From: Hamiltosporidium tvaerminnensis FI-OER-3-3 | Taxonomy: Eukaryota > Fungi > Microsporidia | Assembly: GCA_022605425.2 (NCBI GenBank) | Contig: JAKIMF020000005.1 | Location: 496,001-560,000, forward strand | Direction: 5' to 3' | DNA length: 64,000 nucleotides | Shown: positions 14,401-25,830 of the stretch, in pieces | How the letters are laid out: each line of letters starts with the position of its first letter | Numbering within the stretch: position 1 is the stretch's first letter | Program-made: the position numbers and the translations under genes | Notes under the pieces: model-generated | The model's input: only the letters and a program-made list of their open reading frames with translations | What the model was told of the DNA's origin: nothing | The model's database searches: none

Positions 14401-15043
14401 CAGCTTGCATGATATACGCGGCTTCCGTAATTGACTCAGGTACATGAGCTCCTGCATATTCACCGACTACTCGATTAATTAGATCCAGAACTTTACTATA
14501 ACCAATTCATTTGGATGTTTTCTAGTTCGGACCACCACTTTTTCTAATTTTTTCCGGATTTCTTTGATTTTACTCAAAATTTATCTCTCGGTTTATGTAC
14601 TCCGTGGTGTCGGTAGGTGCATGTATCGCGAGACAAGTGGCGATCTACGTCGCTCTCCATTCTCTTTGATTTTACTTCCTTTCCCATCTCACTTTGTGCC
14701 AATTTTTTAACACTTCGGAGTTTCGTGCAGCCGAATTTCTCATTATAGTACCTGTGCTTGTCCGCATTCTTGGCTTTTAACCTTGTCGTCTGAAAATTGT
14801 TCTTGGTGCTGTATCATATCGTCCGTGCCTCTGTTACCTTCCGATGCTGTGGGCTTGTCTTCTCATGGCTCCCGCACTTCACCGACTGTGCATTGGGGTG
14901 TTCCCTTTTTTTTTTGTGTTTGGCTTGGTGGTGGGTGTTTGTTGTGTGGGGGTAAATCGCCGGTGGGTGTGCCATTTTGTCCTCTTCTTTCCCTGTTTTG
15001 GCCTTTTTTTGGTATTTTCTTTTCGCGTATTTTTTTCTCCCAT
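11471..15043 (-). mobile_element. Full-length disrupted R4-like non-LTR retrotransposon (copy 3)
   Basis: ORF pieces 13556-14017, 12632-13363, 12257-12556 and 11755-11952 match the intact element. Family 3' end at 11471-11495; start CAT at 15041-15043. Confidence 0.94.
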
Positions 15044-17374
15044 AAATCAAAAAAATAAAGTTAAGAAAAATTATTACAGAATAAAAAAAAATTTGAATTT
15101 AAATGTATCCTGTTTTATTCCGCTTTTTATATGCTATTCTTCTCACTGGCTTTTTTTACTTTTCCTTTAAATGACACACTTTTGAATTTAATTCAAAATC
15201 TAAAATATAAGATTTAAAAAATGGAGAAAAAAAGACTTAAATTATAAAAATATACTTTAAATCAGACGGTTTTTAATGCTTATTTTTTTACGGTTTTTAT
15301 TGACATATATTTACTCTAATTATGCAATTTAACAAGGAAATGCATTCAAAATGGGAGGGTGATAGAATAAATTAGAGGGAGACAAAATCAATAAAAACAA
15401 AAAATTAGTATATTTTTAGTGAGAAATTCTTTAAAAACCAAGCATATAGACTTGAAAATCTAATTTAAACCTTAGAAATTTTTAAATTTTTATTTTAAAT
15501 ACGAAAAATTAGTGCAATTTCAAGTCTATATTTTATTAAAGCTGTTTATATTTTTTACCGGGGAAACAGAATAAAATACGACAGGAAATAAGAAATTTTA
15601 AGTTATTGCGATGTGAAAGCGTAAAGCCTTAGCTTTTTATATTCAGTTACGAAGGCTTGGAATTTCGGAGATACAAAAATATATTATTTAAAAAACCAGG
15701 TCGTAAATAATAGATTATACCTGTTGGATGGTGGAATTTCTTTCTTTGTGACCAGTTTTTATTATAGTAAACAAAATCTTCATGAAAAGATATCCAAATA
15801 TAAAACTTACGTATTTTTAAATCTATACATCACAAATATAACAACTTGTTATCGATTCTCATATCGTATCAATGTCTAATAAAGCCATTGGGATTACATC
15901 ATAAAGTAATTGAATTAAATACGAAGTATTTATTCATCTTCGCGATGCACATTAACAACATGTGTGAGATTGTAATACTACTTTATCTTAATAAATGAGC
16001 TACAAATAATCTTATCCGTCACTCTATTGGGTTCAAAAATCTAAAAAAATGATAATACTGCGTATTATGGCGTAGCCGATGTTTATTTAGACCTGCGATC
16101 ACTCTCGAGCAACTGACATTAACAATCAAGAAAAACCAGATCCCCCATTCAAAACATTTTACCTACATATGGGAGTTATTGCATGGAGATAGAGGTTTAT
16201 CGAAATGCACCGACTGAATGTTTGAGAACCTGTTATCTAAGCTACCATTGGCTGCATCAATGGCATGGAATAATATAACATTTTCACTTCTAAAAAAATT
16301 TAGCTATTTATTAGATAAAAAACTTTCTAATTTTTACATTTCTTTAGCATTTGATAAAATAGAATGTGTGATATAATTAATACAATTATAAATTATTAAA
16401 AAAATGGGCAAAAAGTTTAAATCTAGTCATTAAGAGACCATTTATATCATAAAAGGTAAAGAATTTTCTGAAATATTTAAAAAATTAATAGCTAACAAAA
16501 TTTATTTCGCAAAACTGAAGGAAAAAAATTTTCTTATTGGTAAATAAGAGCAGCCTAAGAAAGTTAGATTTGTTTTAATTATTTCAAAAATATTTTCAAA
16601 ATATTAGGATTTTTACAATATAATGGAAAAAATATATTATTGCAAGCTACAATATATTTTTTTAAACAAGTTTGTCAAATAATTTAATTCCTTCGCTTTT
16701 TATTATGATGGGTATTTTTTAATAATTTTTACAAAATTTGTATATAGATCGATATTATTGACATATTCCTTAAAACGAATAAAATTCGATTTTAATTTAT
16801 TTTTTACTTTTTAAAAAACCCAATTTACTTTATATATATTCAATTTCCTTATTCGCATAAATTAAACCACTGTAAAACATTTTTTTTGAAAAAAATCAAA
16901 TATAAAGTATTGTTGATTAAGTTTAGGGATGTATAAAGTGCCTTGTTTCGTTATAAACGAAATCAGGTACCTTATGCCGTCCTTTTTTATCTTTGGTTTT
17001 TATATCAGTGTAGAGACTAGAGTAGTTACGTTAGTTTAAGCAATGTGAGAGGCTATGATATTTTTGTCTTTTAACTAAACATCAGAAATTACATTGTATT
17101 TCTAAATCTGTTTTGCTGAAACCAGTATTTAAAACTTTTAAAATGCAATCGAATCAATTGTATATCCAAAGATATTATGGGAAATGGTTTCTAGCATTTT
17201 TCGGCAATAAATTCCAATCCTTTTTTTACTTTGTTTCTATTTATAGAAGAACTAGTAATGATGTAATACTAATTCAAAAAAATTCACCCAAATTTATTTC
17301 TTTTATTTCGAGTAGTTTAACATTTAATTTCTTGTCGAATTTATACACCCTCTTTTCATTTTTTGTAATAATAA

Positions 17375-17482
17375 CTTTATTCTAAAGCATCACATCTTTG
17401 TAAAACAGTGGCAAGTGTTATATTTGTTCTCAAAAATGGACGCATTTCTATGTTTAAAATAAATAACTGTTATCTAACACTT
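17375..17482 (-). repeat. 3'-terminal piece of the ~726-bp SINE-like element, separated from the rest by LINE copy 4
   Basis: CTTTATTCTAAAGCATCACATC..GTGGCAAGTGTTATATTTGTT..CTAACAC matches 48510-48618. The element resumes at 21302. Confidence 0.8.
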
Positions 17483-20400
17483 ATTAATATGGGTAGAAAG
17501 AAAAATGTTAGCAGCGAAATATCGAAAAATACCAAAATAAAGGCCGCAAACGACGCTGATGAGGTGAAGAAGAGTGATAGTGAAGTACAAAAATGTAAGC
17601 TACACCCACCGGCGATCTCCCTACCTTCCTCCTCCTACACAACAATAACACCTCCACCACCAAGCCAAACATGCAGTAAAATGTAAAATAGTGGGCTTGA
17701 CACCTTACCTTCGCCTAATGCACCAGTTCCCTCTTCGGTTGAAGTCTTTACGTACGAGCCATCGTACGACATGACAAGCCCCTGTACTCTAGCTATTCCG
17801 GAAGGTAACAGGCTAATGGCATTGAAGACGATATTCGATTCCGTAACAGCCGACCCGAAGGAATGGCCTCGAATTGTTTTTTTTGCAGTACAGACAAGGT
17901 TTGAAAGAATGCCAAGAAATGGCTGGACAGAGCTTCACAGGTACTATAATTAGAAATTCTGTTGCGCTGTAATTCTCATAGTGCTAAAAAATTAGCCCAA
18001 AGTGAGATGGGAAAGGAAGAAATAATAATAAAGGCTAGAGAACGACGTAGCATCGCCACTTGCCTAATTAATACATCTACCCTAACCGAGAACACGGAGT
18101 ACATAAAATCTAGAGATAAATTCTTGAGTAAAATCAAAGAAATCTCTGAGAACGAAATTGGAAAAGTGGTGGTCCGAACTAGGAAACATACAAATGAATT
18201 GGTTGATAGTAAAGTTCTGGATCTCATTAATCGAGTAGTCGGTGAATATGCGGGAGCTCATGTACCTGAGTCAATTACGGAAGCCGCGTATATCATGCAA
18301 GCTGCGCAGATATGCTATGACGACGCAACACGTAAAGAAAAGCCTAGATCCGCTTGGAAGGAAAACATAGAAAGTAAAATTTCTAAGTTAGTACTTTCCA
18401 AAGATCTTCTCGAGAAGGCTCGTAAGCAGGAAAAGCTCTCCACTTCGGAAACGAAGAGCCTTAAGAAAATCATGCGAGAGTTTAATTTAAACTTTAGCAG
18501 CGAACTGATCTTTCTGAGGCTTTAGTTAAGAAGAATGAGTCTTTGAATGTGTACGAGAAAAGAATTACGATGCATGAAAGTAGGAAGCAATTCCGAAAAG
18601 AGAATCGTATGTTTGAGCTTTTCCGAGGTCGATTTTATCGTGGGTTATCTGAGCGTGTGGAATCCAAGCATGTGGTTAGTCGGCATGAAATTGTGAGTTT
18701 TTGGCCTACAATGTGGAACAAAAATGATGACACAGTCACGTATGATGATTATTTGATTCCATTTGTACCAGATAATCATCCGACCACGTTCCCTTCACTT
18801 GATGAATTTGTAAATATCATTAATTGGCTCCCCAATTGGAAAGCTGCTGGAATTGATGGTATTTACAATTTTTTCATTGAGAAACTTACAACTCTACACA
18901 AAAATATTTATGATATTGTGAAAGTTATATGTTTAGAAGGAACACCTCAAGCTGATTGGTTTTACTGCGGGCTTACGTATTTGATACCGAAAGGAATTCC
19001 ACGAAGAGGCTCTGACTACAGGCCAATCACTTGTATGTCATACCTCTATAAGTTAACGACAAAGTGTGTAACGAAAGTCGTTCAAATTGAAGTGGAAAGG
19101 CGAGGGTTGCTTGCAGAGAATCATTTGAGAGAGGTAAAAGGTGTGCAGGGAGCGAAAGAGCCGGCTCTAATGAATATTGCTTTAAATAAAGAGTGGGGAA
19201 AAAATCTTAAGGCGACATGATTGATGTTAAAAAAGCTTATTATTCAATAGATCATGCTTATTTAACTCAAAGCATTTTAAACCTTAATTTACCTGATTGG
19301 ATCCTGAAATTTATTAAGGTAATTATATCAAAATGGAAAATTGATATATCAGTAGGGCCGGAAAAAATCATGAGCAAGAAGATTGATAGAGGGATTCTAC
19401 AAGGAGATAGTTTGTCACCTTTGTTATTTGTTTTGTGTATGGATCCATTAAGCCGAAAGCTTAATGAAAAATACACAAAAGTGACAGTACAAACAGATGC
19501 AGAATCCCACTCTACTAATCATCTCTTGTTTATTGATGATCGAAAGCTCCTTGCTAGAGACAGTTCCACATTGAGTGCTATGACAGGCGAGGCAAAGGAA
19601 TTTTTAGAGGTCATTGGCTTAGAGATTAACAAAGAGAAGTCAGCCACAAATGATACGTGCTGTGAAGATACTGCAACTCTTCTAGAAGGTGTTAGTGTTT
19701 ACAAATATTTAGGAATAATAGAAGATAGCAGAGGAATCCCAATACGTAGCTCATTTGAAGAAGTACAAAGCAAACTTATATCAAGAGTTGAAAGACTTTG
19801 TCACACTAGATTAAATGCAAAAAATTTATTTTCTGCAATCAATCAACATGCGATATCGTTAATCAACTACCACATAGGAGTACTTCGACTTGAACCGGCT
19901 GACTTCTCTAAGTTAGATGATGCAGTGCGTGCGGTGTTGGTTAAAAATAAGATACATCTCCGCCCAGGATGTAAAGAGCGGTTGTATCTTCCTAGAACAG
20001 AACTTGGAAGAGGCCTACCTAGTGTTGAGTTGCGAAGCGAACATATGCTTCTGCAACTCTTGGATTGTCTGGAAAAAAGTAAAGAAATATCAACTAGACG
20101 AGCAGCAATCCTCAAGGTGGAGAATAATAATAAAACCCATCTTGCACTAATAAAAGGCTTCTTAAAAGTAAAGTAAATGTTGGTAGTAGAAGTCACTAAG
20201 AAAAGTTTAGAAGAAGTTCAACTTGCAAAACTATATAACGAAATAGAAAAACGAAAACTCCATATAAAGTTATATGCAAGAAAAAATGAGCTTGTGAGTG
20301 TTAGTGACTCTTCAAGATGGCTAAAGAGAGGAAATATTAGGCCACGAAATGAAGCTGTGTTCTGCTATATCCAGGATAGAAATGTATTCTGGGGAGCAGA

Positions 20401-21290
20401 TGGTGTGTGTCAACATTGCGGGAAGTCTGGTAAGACTGTGGATCATTTAGCAACTAGATGTGAAAAAATGCTAGGCCATGATTACACTAGACGGCATAAT
20501 GAAGTGGTTAGATGCTTATACCTACTTCTTCTAAATAGATATAAGTTTAAGTCTTCAAAACGAATAAGGAGTCACTCAGTTCAAAAAATTCTTTACAATG
20601 AGTATGCAGAGATAAGAGTGGACACCAGAATTAAAACTGATGTTAAAATTCGGAATAACAGACCGGACATATTTATTTTAGATAAGAAGAAGAATAAGAT
20701 AACACTCATTGAAGTAGGAATCACTTCCCAAGATTCACTTCAAATAGTTGAAACGAAAAAACTTAGGAAGTATGACCTGCTAGCCAATGAGTTGGGTCTT
20801 ATTTATAAGTGTAGTGTTGAGATAATCCCTTATGTGATGACCTGGGACGGTATTGTGACAAAATACCATAAATCTCATCTTAAAAGACTAGAAATACCCA
20901 ATAATGTAGAGGCATACATTCAGTCTATAGTACTTAAGAAGACAGTCGAAACAATTTCCTTTGATCGACGAAGAGGACTTGAGTCAGGACTAAATGCCGA
21001 AGAGAGCTGGGAAAGAGCGTCAATGGGTGTTATTATGAGAGCAGAGATGTATGAGGAACCAACACCCCCTTTAAAAGAAGAGAAGACAGAGGAAGATGGT
21101 GCAAAAAATTTAAAACCAAAAAATAATCTACCCCTTTATTTCACAAGGAGGAAACACTTTAGAGGAACCGACCAAATACATAAATAAAGAGTTCAGATTT
21201 GGAAGAAGTGACAAAAGTGGTTAAAGAGGTAGAGAAAATACATAAAAAATGGCAAAAATATTTTAACCCAGAATTTTATTAAATAAAAAA
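17483..21290 (+). mobile_element. Full-length disrupted R4-like non-LTR retrotransposon (copy 4) with 11-bp TSD
   Basis: ATG at 17489. ORF pieces 17771-17953, 17962-18525, 18543-19220, 19217-20176 and 20177-21187. TSD ATCTAACACTT at 17472-17482 and 21291-21301. 3' end TTTTATTAAATAAAAAA. Confidence 0.96.
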
Positions 21291-21301
21291 ATCTAACACT
21301 T

Positions 21302-21914
21302 TATCACTATCCCCTGCGATACCTACTTCTCAAAGCCCTTCATCTACCAGATGTGTATTACCTAATTAATAGGTGAGGCAGTTGCCTGGAGTTCGTGAAT
21401 GTCTGTTGCATGGTGTGTGATCGAAGGCCGAAGCCCATCCTGGGCTCACTCAAGACTATGCAGCATTCCCACTAACTATACACTTTCTAAACCCAATAAA
21501 CGTCTAGCTAAGATATATTTCAAAGACTTGCATGGAGTTCACCTAGATAGTGCAATCCATACCAACAGGTATAATCTGCTACTTAGCTCTACCGGCTTTT
21601 ACTGGTTTTTATTTTTATATCTCCCAGGCGCTGAGTCTTCTAGCCGAGTGAGCAAAACTGTGTTTCCACGCCTTTACATGGTACTTACCTACATGTTTGG
21701 CTGCAGTCTGCAATCTAGTTACATAAAAAACTACAAAATAAATTTGTAGAAAATTTCCCATTTCTTAGATCTCTCCTTCTCATAACACCTCCCATGGAAC
21801 AGCTGAGGATCTAGTGTGGTTTTATTCCCACCAAAAATTCAAACAATGATCTTAACCATTTTCACACACACATTGCCATTTAGAAAGTTTTTTATGTGGT
21901 TATCATCCCTTCAC
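21302..21914 (-). repeat. Main body of the interrupted ~726-bp SINE-like element
   Basis: Collinear with ~48620-49235 (CCCTGCGATACC, CCTAATTAATAGG, GAAGGCCGAAGCCC, ATACCAACAGGTATAA, AGAAAGTTTTTTATGTGGTTATC). Confidence 0.92.
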
Positions 21915-22059
21915 TTATTAGATCTTAAAATATATAAATCTTACTAAGTTGAATTTTTTGGTATTTAAATTATTTTTATGATTGGTCTAAGAGAGGTAAA
22001 GCTAAAAAATGAAAAAATTTATAATTTTTCTTTCTATTGATATAATCCAATAAAAAAAT

Positions 22060-22389
22060 TTAATTTTTTTTTCTTTTAATTATCAAGAGATACGGAATGA
22101 GTCCTATTGAAAATATAAATACTACAAAGCAAATTAATGGTAATATTTCAGATTTTTCATATTTAAAAAGTATATTGTTTGTATCAGATATTATTTCTAA
22201 ATCATTATTTTCATTTTTAAAATATTTAAATTTATTGTATCCAGGATAGTGAATTCTTAGAATACCATTTTCGATATTTTTAGGTAAATCTATAACTTTC
22301 CCATTTAATTTAATTTTTTTATACTTCCTAATATCAACTTCTATATTATCTGTAAATATTTGTAAGAAAAAAATGCAAAATAAAAACAT
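22060..22389 (-). CDS. Small putative type-I membrane protein (109 aa)
   Basis: ATG start, hydrophobic N-terminus, C-terminal hydrophobic helix (ILPLICFVVFIFSIGLIPYLLII) and basic tail KRKKN. AATAAA signals nearby. Confidence 0.55.
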   Translation of the reverse strand: MFLFCIFFLQIFTDNIEVDIRKYKKIKLNGKVIDLPKNIENGILRIHYPGYNKFKYFKNENNDLEIISDTNNILFKYEKSEILPLICFVVFIFSIGLIPYLLIIKRKKN

Positions 22390-25300
22390 TTTAAATTTAT
22401 GTATAAATTTTTTAAAATTAATAAAAAATAATTTTAATTCTTTATATTAGAGTTATACTTTTCTGGTTTAAATTTATTCAAAATATTTGTTTTAAAATAT
22501 AAATTTGAAAATAAAAGCTTTTTTAGTTGATTTTTCTTTTTTTAAATTCTAGAATTTTAGTAATTTTCTAAAATTGGAAAAATTAATAATCTAAAAAATG
22601 GTAGCAAAGTAAAATTTGTAAATTTCTTTTCTAGAATATAATCTATTGTATAAAAAAGGAAATGAATCTTTTCAAGCATAAATTTACATTTTTATTTTAA
22701 ATTAAATTTGTAGTCTGGACTTGAAAAATAGTATGAAAGAATATAAATTTATTTGTTACTTTATATTTATTTTCATTTTCACCAAATAATATGAATTCAA
22801 AGCTGTTATGGGACTTCTTTTCTTGTATACTTTGAGATTTTAGGTGTATGTTTGTATAATTTTACTACAATAAAATAAAATTTGTTGTCTTTGTGAGTTA
22901 ATATTATAATGACAAAAATTCTTTTAAAAATAATTTCAAAGATTCCTTTTAATTCGAGATTTTAATTTATTTATTGCTTATAAAATTTATAGATTATTTA
23001 ATATTTCTCTAAAAGATTGAATTATTCATTAGTATGATTCAAAGCGATGTGGATAAAAGGTTTATATAGTTATAATTTCAAATTATTACCTATTTCTAAA
23101 ATATTCTCCATTTTTACTAAAGGAAATATAAAATGATATCTTTTTTTTCTTTTGATTGCTATTTTTTTATTCTAAATCTATATAAAAATAGATTTTTATA
23201 ATTCAAATATTAAGATTCAATTTATTTCTATCTGATAATATAGGTAATGGATCTATTATTAATTAAAAATAGCTCATAAACTACTCTTCAAATAACATTA
23301 AAATGAAAATCTAATCTGTAAAATATAAATAAATGCTTCTATAGTTAAAATATTTTTAAAAACCATTTCATAATTTCCATTCTATTTTTAAATAGCAGCA
23401 CTTCATTTTAATATAGAAGACTTAAGCATGTGTTTGAATCGATTGGAATCAAAATATTGAAAGAAAAGCCAAAGTCTTCATAATAGCAAAATGATTGTCT
23501 AAAAACACGATCTATGGATAGATAATATTGGTCATAAAGAGTCCAGTCATCATTCGTAAAGAATCTATTGAACTTTACGTGAACTATCCTCATACATCAC
23601 TTTATCTTAAAAAGACTAATTAGACTTCCTAAGGCATCATGCTTGTTTTTTACATATTCCTGACTTTCTTAATGAGATACAATTTAAAATGTAGCTTATC
23701 AAAAAAACTTCTACATGAATCAAAGAGAAATAATTATTTTTATAATATGACAAGGGTTTTTTATCAAAAGGGAAATGCATTCACGTGTTTCAGCTTGTTA
23801 TCACATATCATTCAGGGCAAAGTAGGTGTAAAGCTTAGAAACAAGGAAAAATATAGAAAAATCTTATTTTTTTCTATGTAGAATCTATAAATCTAAGCCA
23901 TTTTATCATTTCGCTTTATTTTGATAATATGATATATAATGTTTTTCACAGTGAATCTCCTAAACCTTTTCATTTAAAAAAGGCACAATTCGTTCTGACG
24001 GATTACAAGAAAGAAATTATGGACCATTATTTTAGCAAATATATATCGCCCAATAATTTCTAATTATAGAAATGTAAAGACTCCACAAAATAGCAATAAT
24101 TGAAGAATGCAATTGAAAGATCCTTCGCACAATCCCAATAAACCGTTAAATCTCTACCACGTGATTCATTAATTCATTTGAGAATCATTTGCAACAATAT
24201 GATTCACGAAAAAGAAATCAATATCTAGCCAATGACGTTGGTCGGAATTTTCGCGAAAAAAAAGCTATTTCGAAAACATAGTAGACTTGGAAGATAGTCA
24301 GCCTTTTCTATAGCTAAAACAGGCTTTAAGATAGAAATTTAGATTATGGATTTTCGTTTGTTAAAAGTTATTGGTATTGGAATCAATAAATATAATTAGA
24401 ATGTGGTTTTAGTTACATTATTGCTTTGTACCTAAAAAATTTGCTATCTCAAAAGATTATATCGTAAAATCAATTAATCTCGACTAAGGTTTTATTTTTG
24501 CGCCAAGAATTGACGAATTATATACATGCCTTTTATGCCTCCTCAAATAAACAACTTCTAATTCTAATTATAAAATTCTTGGAATATGACTATAATAAAT
24601 AAAAATTTGCTATTAAAATTCTAATTTTATTTGGAGACAGGTAAACAAGACCAATTGTATACGGTCTCAATACACTAAAAAATAAAACATTAAATAGAAT
24701 TCACATTATATAAACCAATTTTTAGAAAGTTCAGCCTCCATAATATTAAAGAAGATTCATGTTTATTCGTTTTAGCACACCCAGATGATATATCTAGGTG
24801 ATTTCTTTTCTTAATGTCAGGTTGCTTCCTGAATATGAAAGAAGGCAATTAATATGCGAAAAGGCACTAAAACTGGTATATAAGAACTATCATGTAAAAC
24901 TAAGATGAAAAATGCAATATTTTCAAGACTTATCTATATAAAGACCTGTTTGTGGATTAAGAATTATTTATCTTAGTATAGCCATTCAAATATACCGAAA
25001 ATATTTCATCGATTAGGATCTGGAAAATATTTTAAGATAATTTATTAATTTTATAGTAAACTCACTGAAAAACCAAAATTTCTAGTTAGAACATATTATT
25101 TACGTAAATTTTTATATACTTCGGTCTAGATCCCAGAATAAACAATTCTATTCTCGATCAGATATTTTAAAGTACAAAGAACATTGAAAAAATATTTATA
25201 TTTTGAATTTAGTATGAGTCTTGTTGTGCTTTCGTAGTATTGAAGAATTGCATTTCTTTTTAAAATACATATAAAATTAATTAAGTCTATCTACATGGTA

Positions 25301-25830
25301 AAAAAGTAAAAAAGAAATTAAAATTATTAAATAAACTTTATTTGCCTATCTTATTACAATATATTAACATTATATTTTAAATTAATCATCTGCTAAATAA
25401 GGATCAGGCTTTCGAGATCTCTAGTAATTTGTAATTTCATTATGGTTTAGATTTAAAAACACATTTATTAACGGCGATGTTTACATTACTATCATCTATT
25501 ACTCAAGAACTATTGGAATTATAAAAGATACTTTTAAGATAAATTTCTAGAAAAAGGTAAGAAATTTTGTTTTGTTGATTATTAATCAATGATATTTGAT
25601 TTTTGACATAAGAAACCCCGTGTGATGATCAAATAGTAGATTCTGGACTATCAAATCCGAAATAGAACATCAAGAAGACAAAATAATTGTTCTATTCCTG
25701 AAACAACTTTGAAATTTTGTTTCAAAAGGTTTATTAAATTCCTTGTTATTTTTGAAACAAATCACCAATTTCAAACAATGATTGATCAATGAAACTATAA
25801 AAAAAGAAAAATGCGTGTAAACAAAAAACA

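Noticed and set aside
15610-16530. Possible very decayed Tc1-like fragment (PD.PIQNI-like remnant near 16136-16160) forming the extra segment in the right arm
   Set aside because: Motifs too degraded to support a call without a frameshift-aware search.
21399-21749. 116-aa ORF (and ORFs 48565-48786, 48956-49165) inside the 726-bp element
   Set aside because: Reading frames are not preserved between copies because of indels, and there is no protein motif.
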